62,467 nucleotides of DNA. Source: a virus. Taxonomy: Duplodnaviria; Caudoviricetes. Position 1 is the first letter of the stretch. Each line of letters starts with the position of its first letter. The notes beneath the pieces are model-generated. The model was given only the letters and a program-made list of their open reading frames with translations, was not told where the DNA came from and ran no database searches. The stretch lies in IMG/VR virus record IMGVR_UViG_3300005613_000065, positions 1-62,467 of that record; one strand, written 5' to 3'. Positions 1 through 7,517 of this stretch are shown here, in pieces. A program made the translations under genes and the position numbers.

Positions 1-25
1 ACCTTTTGGATTGAGGAAAATTATT

Positions 26-262
26 ATGAAAAAACTCAAATACAAAAAACAGAATGAACATCTAGAACTCTTTGCTGATGATATTCAGAAGATTGTAGAG
101 TCCTTTGCCCGTGAAGGTTATGAGGTATCTCCAGAAGATGCCTGCTCTGCTTGGATGGAATATTCCGACGCATACTGTGCTGGGTGGTTGTGTATGGGTA
201 AAAGTGGATTGACACCAGCAATAATCGAAGAACTAATGAAGTATTTTGAGGAGGAAAACTGA
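26..262 (+). CDS. hypothetical phage protein
   Basis: ORF track 11..262; ATG at 26 follows GAGGA SD; stop overlaps next start (TGATG). Confidence 0.75.
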   Translation: MKKLKYKKQNEHLELFADDIQKIVESFAREGYEVSPEDACSAWMEYSDAYCAGWLCMGKSGLTPAIIEELMKYFEEEN

Positions 263-486
263 TGACTACGAAAACCTGGCAAGTAATGAATTCTTTGGAA
301 GAAGCATTTAGTGAAATCACTGCTTTTGGATTTATGCTGGAACAACTCCAAGAAGCAGTAAATGCTAATGATGCTCGGCAGATTGTTGACATCACAGCAG
401 CACTGAATGCTTTCTATCCAGTTTATACTAACAACTGGGATAAGAAGTTTAAGATTGCTTGGAATGAGGTGATGAATGATAAATAG
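262..486 (+). CDS. hypothetical protein, paralog of 5886..6227
   Basis: ORF track; shares VMNxLEx(A)F..IT...L...LQ.A...D.KFK.A..EV pattern with 5886..6227. Confidence 0.8.
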   Translation: MTTKTWQVMNSLEEAFSEITAFGFMLEQLQEAVNANDARQIVDITAALNAFYPVYTNNWDKKFKIAWNEVMNDK

Positions 487-575
487 TATTACCTATAGGT
501 CGCATTATAGGTAGAGAGGGAGCAGAAATGCTCCTTTTCTTGTATAAATAGTATTGCGACCTATAGAGTAGAACT
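478..575 (+). promoter_or_regulatory. HEG control module copy 1: late promoter, hairpin sRNA, terminator, late promoter, complementary leader
   Basis: GATAAATA 478-485; hairpin ACCTATA/TATAGGT 491-512; terminator GGAGCA-GAAA-TGCTCC-TTTT 519-538; TATAAATA 543-550; leader TGCGACCTATAG 555-566 is the reverse complement of 493-504. Confidence 0.75.
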
Positions 576-1175
576 ATGACTTCACAAAGTCCAAGAATAT
601 ACTTGTATAAAATAACCTTTGAAGAAGTTCCTTACTATTACTATGGGATAAAGAAGGAAAAATACTTCAATCAAGAATATTGGGGTTCTCCAAAGACAAA
701 CAAGTGGTGTTGGGAACTTTATACTCCAAAAAAGCAAATATTAGAAATATTTGATTTTAGTGATGAAGGTTGGATAGAAGCACAAGAAGTTGAAAAAAGA
801 GTAATAAAACCATTCCATAATGTTGATAAATGGTGTCTTAATGAAAATTGTGGTGGCAAAATTTCCCTTAAAGTATTAAGAGAAACTGGTAAAAAGTGTG
901 GTAAAAACGGTGGGTTAATTGGTGGAGAATTGTCATATAAAATGAAAGTGGGCATACATGCAAGAAGTAAAGAACAAAAGATTGAAGATGGAAAAAAAGG
1001 TTATAGTAATGGTCTTGCTTCTATGACAAAAGAAGAAAGGCAAAAAATAGTAGTAAAAACAAACTCTCAAAAATGGATGTGCCTTGAAACTGGGTATATT
1101 ACAACTTCTGGACCACTCACGTTATATCAAAACAAAAGGGGTATAAACACTTCTAAAAGAAAACTAATAGAATAA
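576..1175 (+). CDS. GIY-YIG (Seg-like) homing endonuclease
   Basis: N-terminal IYLY...YYYG motif, conserved E and CLNEN, G/K-rich C-terminal DNA-binding part; late promoter upstream. Confidence 0.8.
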   Translation: MTSQSPRIYLYKITFEEVPYYYYGIKKEKYFNQEYWGSPKTNKWCWELYTPKKQILEIFDFSDEGWIEAQEVEKRVIKPFHNVDKWCLNENCGGKISLKVLRETGKKCGKNGGLIGGELSYKMKVGIHARSKEQKIEDGKKGYSNGLASMTKEERQKIVVKTNSQKWMCLETGYITTSGPLTLYQNKRGINTSKRKLIE

Positions 1176-1233
1176 GGACACTTCCCAAACTGGGACAAGG
1201 GCACTTGAAAACAGGTGCCCTTTCTGGTATGAT
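1176..1233 (+). promoter_or_regulatory. sigma70-type early promoter with -35 inside a stem-loop and upstream GxCA-N10-TG motif
   Basis: TTGAAA 1205-1210, 17 nt, TATGAT 1228-1233; stem AAGGGCAC/GTGCCCTT 1197-1222; GGACA-CTTCCCAAAC-TGGGAC 1176-1196. Confidence 0.7.
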
Positions 1234-1257
1234 ACTCTCATACACACAAAAACCGAA

Positions 1258-1485
1258 ATGACCCTCTTTGAGAAAACCATTCCCAAAATGTCTTACGACA
1301 TTCAATATCCCAAAGAATGGGCAAAAGAACATTTCTCTTATGGAGAGCATAGTGATACTCTAACATACATTTCAGAAGATAGTGGAGAAACCATTTGTAG
1401 TCGTTCGTTGATTATGCTTCTTCATCAAATGAATGAACGCATTTATGAACTTGAAAGTGAAATCCGACAACTCAAAGGAGAATGA
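1258..1485 (+). CDS. hypothetical protein
   Basis: ORF track, directly after promoter. Confidence 0.75.
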   Translation: MTLFEKTIPKMSYDIQYPKEWAKEHFSYGEHSDTLTYISEDSGETICSRSLIMLLHQMNERIYELESEIRQLKGE

Positions 1486-1694
1486 AAATGACCGAACAGA
1501 AACTTATTGAACTCTGGGGAGATGGAACCCAATTTGGAATGACTGAACTTGGTGCTGGTGTAATGACTGGTGCTCTCACTAATTCCTTCCGTGAGGTTGC
1601 TGTAAAGTTTGCTCTTGTAGTTGCTGATAAAGCATATGATATTGGTTATCATATTGGAGTTGAAAGTGTAAGGTCTGGTATTCTTGGAGATTGA
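1482..1694 (+). CDS. hypothetical protein
   Basis: ORF track, AGGAG SD, ATGA overlap. Confidence 0.7.
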   Translation: MKMTEQKLIELWGDGTQFGMTELGAGVMTGALTNSFREVAVKFALVVADKAYDIGYHIGVESVRSGILGD

Positions 1695-1736
1695 CTTATG
1701 CCCACGATAAATGGAACAACTAATGAGGACTGACAA

Positions 1737-1967
1737 ATGAAACTAAATGATGAAGCACTAATTACTCTGTGGATTGTGTTTGGATTTACTCTTATTCTTT
1801 CTTTACTATGTGGTGGGTTTTATGTTAGTATTCAGAAACAAAGTTTGTATAAGCAAACTTATAACAAATCTATGGAGTGTCGTATTGCTTTCAAAGGTGG
1901 AAGTCCAACAGAAGTAAATTCTTATTGTGGTGAAATTCCTAAACTTGGAGATTTTGTAGTAAAATGA
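1737..1967 (+). CDS. hypothetical membrane protein
   Basis: ORF track; N-terminal hydrophobic helix. Confidence 0.75.
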   Translation: MKLNDEALITLWIVFGFTLILSLLCGGFYVSIQKQSLYKQTYNKSMECRIAFKGGSPTEVNSYCGEIPKLGDFVVK

Positions 1968-2164
1968 AGTTATCAGCACACGAATTAGCAGTTATTATTG
2001 ACACAATCAACCAGTCTCTAAAGGTATCAAATTGGAGTGGTTATTATACTCAAAAATCAAGGGAGAGTGTAAGGGATTTGATTTCCATGATTATGGATGA
2101 AATGAGTGTAGAAGTCATCACAGACAAACCAAACTTCACAATTGATGCTGACACAGGTATTTGA
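1964..2164 (+). CDS. hypothetical protein, probable paralog of 2465..2653
   Basis: ORF track; L.A..L.VI.DT...Y....RE.V pattern shared. Confidence 0.75.
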   Translation: MKLSAHELAVIIDTINQSLKVSNWSGYYTQKSRESVRDLISMIMDEMSVEVITDKPNFTIDADTGI

Positions 2165-2165
2165 G

Positions 2166-2465
2166 ATGACTGAAATGACTTTGATATCTGATAGTGAAGA
2201 TGTTTATAACAACTTCATAAAAATTAAAAAAGCATCAGAAGAAATTCTCCAAAAACATAAGAAATCCACAGAAAAATTTAGTGGAGAAACTTATGGTGAT
2301 TTGGATGTTGTGGATGTTTATGTATCTTATCATATGGATGGAGATATTCATTATCATATTTTGATTGAAGAGTGTTCTCCAACTGCTTATGATTTTTGTA
2401 AGTTTATGGTAGAATGTCTCAAAGACAAACTTGGGTTTTATGTGAATGTGGAGTGTGAATGGTGA
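2166..2465 (+). CDS. hypothetical protein
   Basis: ORF track 2142..2465; ATG at 2166 just after the previous stop. Confidence 0.75.
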   Translation: MTEMTLISDSEDVYNNFIKIKKASEEILQKHKKSTEKFSGETYGDLDVVDVYVSYHMDGDIHYHILIEECSPTAYDFCKFMVECLKDKLGFYVNVECEW

Positions 2466-2653
2466 TGACTAGACCAACTTTGAATGCTCTTGACCTAATG
2501 GTAATCACAGATACTTTGAGGAGAACTCTTTCTATTGCTAGATTTGAGAATGTTCTTGGTGGATATTCAAAAGAAGCAAGAGAGAATGTTTCTAATAAAG
2601 TTCAGGATATTTTGAGAACTATGGAATTATCTGTGGAGAATACTGATGACTGA
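2465..2653 (+). CDS. hypothetical protein
   Basis: ORF track 2459..2653; TGATG coupling. Confidence 0.75.
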   Translation: MTRPTLNALDLMVITDTLRRTLSIARFENVLGGYSKEARENVSNKVQDILRTMELSVENTDD

Positions 2654-2810
2654 AAATTATTATAACGATTACCCAAACGAACCTATTGGTGGTCGTAATC
2701 CTTATTATCGTTGTTCTTATTGTAAGATTAGTGACCCACAAATCAACGGACAACTAAAAAATCACGCAGAATGGTGTGAGTATCGCATAGAAATGGAGGC
2801 ACGGAAATAA
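2646..2810 (+). CDS. small hypothetical protein with CxxC...HxxxC
   Basis: read by hand: MTENYYNDYPNEPIGGRNPYYRCSYCKISDPQINGQLKNHAEWCEYRIEMEARK; fills gap, coupled at both ends. Confidence 0.7.
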   Translation: MTENYYNDYPNEPIGGRNPYYRCSYCKISDPQINGQLKNHAEWCEYRIEMEARK

Positions 2811-2992
2811 TGAAAGTTTATGATTACCGAATTGAAGAGAAACTTAATGTGGATACTATGAAACAACCTGTGTATCATTATGTTGAATACCATCCATCAT
2901 ATTGCTGTCCCAAATGTGGAGAACAAATCGGTTGGTTGGGAGGATTTTTTAACTTCTTTATTCCAAATTATCATAGGTGTGAAAATGAATAA
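2810..2992 (+). CDS. hypothetical protein with CPKC motif
   Basis: ORF track; GGAGG SD. Confidence 0.65.
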   Translation: MKVYDYRIEEKLNVDTMKQPVYHYVEYHPSYCCPKCGEQIGWLGGFFNFFIPNYHRCENE

Positions 2993-3185
2993 ACCTTATT
3001 TGCTGATTGCTGGAGACAATTATTACCCTGATGGTGATACTGGTGATTGGGTTGGGTGTTTCTCTACCTATGAGGAAGCAAAGGCACAAGTAGAACCCAG
3101 AAAAACCAACGGATATACTGTAAATGGTCGGGATTGGGGTTGTGATTGGTATGAGATTATAGACCTTCGTGAATGGACTGAATGA
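2985..3185 (+). CDS. hypothetical protein
   Basis: ORF track 2880..3185; likely start MNKPYLL at 2985. Confidence 0.7.
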   Translation: MNKPYLLIAGDNYYPDGDTGDWVGCFSTYEEAKAQVEPRKTNGYTVNGRDWGCDWYEIIDLREWTE

Positions 3186-3334
3186 TGATTGAAATGATTA
3201 AAACTCTACTTAAATTCTTATACTCAAAAGAAATAGAAGTTGCTCCTGGTGTTTTTTGGTTGGGTGGAGTATTATATGAGAACAGAAACCGACCAACGAC
3301 ACCACCACCACTTAAATTGAAGACCTCAAAATGA
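3182..3334 (+). CDS. small hypothetical protein
   Basis: read by hand; ATGA overlaps at both ends. Confidence 0.55.
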   Translation: MMIEMIKTLLKFLYSKEIEVAPGVFWLGGVLYENRNRPTTPPPLKLKTSK

Positions 3335-3483
3335 CTGAATACAACTATCCAAAATGGGAAGAGGTTTATACAAACGAACTTACTCTTCAAGCACTCTTTG
3401 AGAAACTTATTGATGTTGAAAATGGACTGAAAGATGGGATTTATGAACTTGACCAAAGAATTGAGAAGTTAGAAGAACGATGA
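3331..3483 (+). CDS. small coiled-coil hypothetical protein
   Basis: read by hand: MTEYNYPKWEEVYTNELTLQALFEKLIDVENGLKDGIYELDQRIEKLEER. Confidence 0.65.
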   Translation: MTEYNYPKWEEVYTNELTLQALFEKLIDVENGLKDGIYELDQRIEKLEER

Positions 3484-3679
3484 CTGACGAACAACTACTC
3501 AATTCACTACAAGGAACTATGGCAACGATTGGCCTGTATTCAATAAAAAAGAAGCAATTGATGAGTATCGTATAGATACGATTGAGGAACGACTTACTCG
3601 TATTGAAGATAAAATTGATTTACTCATTACTCAACTCAAAATAAAGTTTTATAAGAAAAATGATGGGACATCCAGATGA
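3480..3679 (+). pseudogene. frameshifted small ORF (or -1 frameshift gene)
   Basis: ATG 3480 frame stops at 3575; a protein-like -1 frame (EAIDEYRIDTIEERLTRIEDKIDLL...) continues from 3551 to 3679. Confidence 0.4.
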
Positions 3680-4313
3680 TATTATACTCACAAATCCCTC
3701 AAAGATGTTTGAGTATGAAAGATTAGCAAGAAATATTGATAATTGTGAGAATGTAGAGGAACTACAGATTTCACTCAAAGGTATGTTAAAGTTGTATATG
3801 AAACAACAAGAAGTAACGGCATCAGTATTAAAAGAGAAGGTGAAAGAAACCGCACAAGAACGGGGAGAACGACTTCATAAAGATGTGGAAAGAGTTGTGA
3901 AGGAGAGTGTGAAATGGTGTGAGGAAAATCCCGATAAAGACCCATTAGATTGGTTGAAACCTCAAACACCAGAAGAAATTGAGAAATCATTAAGGGAAGC
4001 ATTTAGAGAGGCACAAAAAACAGAAAAGTGGAAAGAAATTCAAAAATTGATTGATGAAGAAGATAATGATAAGAACTTCAAGAATTCTCTTGACATTATC
4101 AAAGAATGGGGAGAGAAGAATAAACCACCTACTCTAAAAGAACTCTTGTGGGAATGGTGGGAGGACATTTTTACTGTTGATAGTGATTTAGATGCTGATG
4201 CTTCTATTGATGTTCTGGTAGATAAGATTGAGGAATTTCTCCCAAAAGAACACGAAACTAACAGTCATAAATGGAATGAGTGTATTAGAACAATCAAGTC
4301 CAAGTTGAGGTAG
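3660..4313 (+). CDS. hypothetical protein; N-terminal ~55 aa resemble NblA-like helix-loop-helix
   Basis: ORF track; SKMFEYERLARNID...LKLYMKQQEV N-terminus; NblA likeness is by eye only. Confidence 0.7.
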   Translation: MMGHPDDIILTNPSKMFEYERLARNIDNCENVEELQISLKGMLKLYMKQQEVTASVLKEKVKETAQERGERLHKDVERVVKESVKWCEENPDKDPLDWLKPQTPEEIEKSLREAFREAQKTEKWKEIQKLIDEEDNDKNFKNSLDIIKEWGEKNKPPTLKELLWEWWEDIFTVDSDLDADASIDVLVDKIEEFLPKEHETNSHKWNECIRTIKSKLR

Positions 4314-4410
4314 ATAAATAATAATGCCTGTAGGTCGCATTATAGGTAGAGAGGGAGCAGAAATGCTCCTTTTCTTGTATAAATAATATTGCGACCTATA
4401 GAGTAGAACT
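4313..4410 (+). promoter_or_regulatory. HEG control module copy 2 (near-identical to 478-575)
   Basis: GATAAATA 4313-4320; hairpin GCCTGTA/TATAGGT 4326-4347; same GAAA terminator; TATAAATA 4378-4385; leader TGCGACCTATAG 4390-4401. Confidence 0.75.
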
Positions 4411-5100
4411 ATGACTTCACAAAGTCCAAGAATATACTTGTATAAAATTACCTTTGAAGAAGTTCCATATTACTATTATGGTGTAAAGAAGGAAGATTAT
4501 TATAATCAAGAGTATTGGGGTTCTCCAATAACTAATAAATGGTGTTGGGAATTTTATACACCAAAGAAGCAGATATTGGAGGTTTTTGATTATACTGATG
4601 AAGGTTGGTTGGAAGCACAAGAGGTTGAAAAAAGATTAATACAACCAGTTTTTAATACTGATAAGTGGTGTCTTAATGAAAATTATAGTGGTGTAGTTTC
4701 TTTAGAATGTCTCATAAGAGGTGGAAAAATTGCTGGAAATAAAAATAAAGAATTGAGGAGAGGAGTTTGTGGAATAACAAAAGAAGAAAGAAGTATAATA
4801 TCAAAAATAAATTATGAAAATGGTATTGGTATTGGTGGAATGGACTATGAAAAAAGAATTGAAATAGGAAAAAAAAGTGCTGCGAAAAATAAAAAGAATG
4901 GAGTTGCTATATTTGCTCTTACAAAAGAACAATTAAGTAATCAAGGTAAAAAAGGTGGAGCAAAAGCAGCAAAGATTATACACAATCAAAAGTGGATGTG
5001 TCTTGAAACTGGTTATATTTCAACTTCTGCTGGTGTTGTTTCTTATCAAAAAGGTAGAGGCATAGATACTTCACGGAATAATAGAAGAAAATTATCATAA
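4411..5100 (+). CDS. GIY-YIG (Seg-like) homing endonuclease, paralog of 576..1175
   Basis: first ~90 aa closely match 576..1175; divergent middle; shared C-terminal QKWMCLETGYI. Confidence 0.8.
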   Translation: MTSQSPRIYLYKITFEEVPYYYYGVKKEDYYNQEYWGSPITNKWCWEFYTPKKQILEVFDYTDEGWLEAQEVEKRLIQPVFNTDKWCLNENYSGVVSLECLIRGGKIAGNKNKELRRGVCGITKEERSIISKINYENGIGIGGMDYEKRIEIGKKSAAKNKKNGVAIFALTKEQLSNQGKKGGAKAAKIIHNQKWMCLETGYISTSAGVVSYQKGRGIDTSRNNRRKLS

Positions 5101-5106
5101 AAGAAC

Positions 5107-5135
5107 TTGACTTCAGGTGTCCTTTGTGGTATAAT
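5107..5135 (+). promoter_or_regulatory. sigma70-type promoter
   Basis: TTGACT-17 nt-TATAAT with extended TG. Confidence 0.75.
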
Positions 5136-5157
5136 AATTTTATAATTGAAAGAGACG

Positions 5158-5385
5158 ATGCCCGATTATAATCTACCAGATAAAGATGATGCTCCGTGGT
5201 TGGATACAACTTATGATGGTTTCAACGAAGAAGCACCGAATGGTGATTACATCAAGTCTTATCCACTTATCAATCGTGTAGAGGTGATCGGTAAGAATGG
5301 ACGAGAGTTTGTTCAATATGACTGCTCTAATGTTCAAATATCAGAACAAGACAACGGACGCACACTTAAGGTATTTTTATCGTGA
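5158..5385 (+). CDS. hypothetical protein
   Basis: ORF track 5146..5385; ATG at 5158. Confidence 0.7.
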   Translation: MPDYNLPDKDDAPWLDTTYDGFNEEAPNGDYIKSYPLINRVEVIGKNGREFVQYDCSNVQISEQDNGRTLKVFLS

Positions 5386-5444
5386 CTGAACCATTCTATC
5401 GTTTCTTTGTAGTAGATTATTTTGCAACTTGAACTAATAAAACT

Positions 5445-5633
5445 ATGGAAGAGTATCCCGATTATAAAAATCTTTTTCAATATATTGAAGATTTGACCAG
5501 ACGAATTGAAATTCTTGAAGAAGAAAATATTGCAACAACAAATGAATTGTATCGTCTTGAGAATTCATTGGAATCTCGTATTGACATTTTAGCATCAGAG
5601 TGTCATAATACTGGAAAATGCTGTAATTCCTAA
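5445..5633 (+). CDS. coiled-coil hypothetical protein
   Basis: ORF track. Confidence 0.75.
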   Translation: MEEYPDYKNLFQYIEDLTRRIEILEEENIATTNELYRLENSLESRIDILASECHNTGKCCNS

Positions 5634-5884
5634 TGACAACTAAAGCACAACAAGCAAAAGAGGAGTTTTTATATCCAACTCCTCCAATGAATCCAGATGG
5701 TGATATGAGTTTTCTGGATATTGCAATGATTAATAATCTCAATAATTTTTCTCATCACGTCTCATATCTGACCAATATGGCAATTGGTGGAAAAATAAAA
5801 TCAGAAGATGCATATCAAGAAATTAAAAAACTTTATAAGGCAATGAAAGAATCACATAAATCACTCAAAGGTTCCTGGTTTTAA
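5633..5884 (+). CDS. homolog of a small conserved cyanobacterial protein
   Basis: KEEFLYP...NL..F...VSY..N...GGK...EDAYQEIK.L.K pattern recalled from cyanobacterial hypothetical proteins. Confidence 0.75.
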   Translation: MTTKAQQAKEEFLYPTPPMNPDGDMSFLDIAMINNLNNFSHHVSYLTNMAIGGKIKSEDAYQEIKKLYKAMKESHKSLKGSWF

Positions 5885-5885
5885 T

Positions 5886-6227
5886 ATGAAATCATCAGAT
5901 TATTCTAAGAAATTATCAGTAATGAATGAACTTGAAGATGCATTTAATCAAATTACAACAATTCATTTTCTGTCTGATGCTTTACAAAAAGCAATTGATG
6001 AGGACGACGCAGCAACAATTATTGATACTACTGATGCAATTCAATCATTTCTTCCAGTTTTTCAGTCTGTTTTTAGAGATAAGTTCAAAAATGCCCGAAA
6101 AGAAGTTCTTCATCGAGAAAACATAACCAGTCCTGTTGTAAATGGTATCAAAGTTAATTCTTATATCAATTATGATGAAATTTTGAAATATCATGAGCCA
6201 AAAGATCTTCTGGCACAAGATACTTGA
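5886..6227 (+). CDS. hypothetical protein, paralog of 262..486
   Basis: ORF track; similarity by eye. Confidence 0.75.
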   Translation: MKSSDYSKKLSVMNELEDAFNQITTIHFLSDALQKAIDEDDAATIIDTTDAIQSFLPVFQSVFRDKFKNARKEVLHRENITSPVVNGIKVNSYINYDEILKYHEPKDLLAQDT

Positions 6228-6252
6228 CAAATCATATTTTATGAGTTATATT
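6224..6252 (+). promoter_or_regulatory. sigma70-type promoter
   Basis: TTGACA-17 nt-TATATT; AGGAG SD before 6276. Confidence 0.7.
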
Positions 6253-6275
6253 ATAAAAGTAAATTACAGGAGTCA

Positions 6276-6509
6276 ATGAAATACTTTTTTGTTGTCGATC
6301 ATTTTGTACCATTTCCAAGTTCAGAATATGGCGGTTTGTGGAATGTCATCGCATCTGATACTGAAGAATGTTTTGATCTCATTGTATCAGAAGATGATGA
6401 TATGTATCCTGAACATTATGGGAAACTGAGAGAGAATATTGAGAAGGCGAATAAATATCAACTAGCAGACGAACTAGAGTCTCAAGTTGTAGAGTCATTC
6501 CTTACCTAA
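6276..6509 (+). CDS. hypothetical cyanophage protein
   Basis: ORF track; PFPSSEYGG motif; SD. Confidence 0.8.
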   Translation: MKYFFVVDHFVPFPSSEYGGLWNVIASDTEECFDLIVSEDDDMYPEHYGKLRENIEKANKYQLADELESQVVESFLT

Positions 6510-6510
6510 T

Positions 6511-6660
6511 ATGGAAGAAAAAATGATCGAAAGTCTTCAAGAAAAAATTGTTATCTTGGAGACTCAAATCGAACAACAAAATAAAGAAATCTTTGAACTT
6601 CAAAATCTGATCCAGATTATCAGAGCAGATTCTCCAGATCAAAAAGAATTTGACGAATAA
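6511..6660 (+). CDS. small coiled-coil protein
   Basis: read by hand MEEKMIESLQEKIVILETQIEQQNKEIFELQ...; fills gap. Confidence 0.65.
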   Translation: MEEKMIESLQEKIVILETQIEQQNKEIFELQNLIQIIRADSPDQKEFDE

Positions 6661-6671
6661 CTAATTTTATT

Positions 6672-6947
6672 ATGAAATTTCATCATCAAGCTCCTGATGG
6701 TTTTGAATACTGGCAAGATCAGTTTTCAGAAACAATGACTCGTATTTGGATTCGCAATCTGAGACCTTTCTCATACACTAATAAACAACCGAGTTCAATT
6801 TGGGGATTTTGGGATAAAAAAAGAAAAGTATTTCTTTCTCCAATCAATTATAAAAAACCAGGAAAAGTTGTAGATATTGAAAAAACTACTGCATATTCTG
6901 CAATGCAGTTAAATCTAAATCCATTGGAATATGCATTATTCAAATGA
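6672..6947 (+). CDS. hypothetical cyanophage protein
   Basis: ORF track. Confidence 0.8.
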   Translation: MKFHHQAPDGFEYWQDQFSETMTRIWIRNLRPFSYTNKQPSSIWGFWDKKRKVFLSPINYKKPGKVVDIEKTTAYSAMQLNLNPLEYALFK

Positions 6948-7189
6948 GTTATTATGACCCCAAAATTAATGATTATGTAAAATTTAGAAATATTGAAGGA
7001 TGGGTGTATTTTAGAGATTCACAAGATCATTACATTACCATTGAAATTGGTGTCAAACCAAAACCATTTTGTGAGTACACAAAGAAAAGAATACATTTCA
7101 AAGATCATGTTTTAGTTCTTTGTTATTCTTGGAATTGGGATGAATTGATTTATGTGAAATCGAGACAATCAATTTATGATGAAACTTAG
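6944..7189 (+). CDS. hypothetical cyanophage protein
   Basis: ORF track; ATGA overlap. Confidence 0.8.
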   Translation: MSYYDPKINDYVKFRNIEGWVYFRDSQDHYITIEIGVKPKPFCEYTKKRIHFKDHVLVLCYSWNWDELIYVKSRQSIYDET

Positions 7190-7198
7190 ATATTTCAT

Positions 7199-7256
7199 GT
7201 GCCAGTTACCAAACTGTCCATAACTCCTTGACTTTACCTTCTAAATAACCTATATT
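7199..7256 (+). promoter_or_regulatory. sigma70-type promoter with upstream GxCA-N10-TGxC motif
   Basis: GTGCCA-GTTACCAAAC-TGTCCA 7199-7220; TTGACT 7228-7233, 17 nt, TATATT 7251-7256. Confidence 0.7.
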
Positions 7257-7283
7257 ATTAAGGTAGTCATTCAGGAGTTCTCA

Positions 7284-7460
7284 ATGCCTGTCACTTATCT
7301 TCCTCAAAAAGCACGTTATCGTATCACTCTGGAACTTGATGTTATGGAAGATTTTTCTCCTCATAACATTGATTGGGGAAAGGTTCTTGATATTCAAGGA
7401 TCTGAAAGTGTTGAATCTTATGTCGAAGATCTAAGCGTCCCCGATTGTTTCTTCTCCTGA
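7284..7460 (+). CDS. hypothetical cyanophage protein
   Basis: read by hand MPVTYLPQKARYRITLELDVMEDFSPHNIDWGKVLDIQGSESVESYVEDLS...; AGGAG SD. Confidence 0.75.
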   Translation: MPVTYLPQKARYRITLELDVMEDFSPHNIDWGKVLDIQGSESVESYVEDLSVPDCFFS

Positions 7461-7517
7461 AAAACTATGTGGAAGTCATAAATACTTTTTGATTATGGCT
7501 TCCATACATAAAATCCA

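Noticed and set aside
5382-5432. 16-codon ORF VTEPFYRFFVVDYFAT
   Set aside because: Probably a gene remnant; too short to support as a feature.
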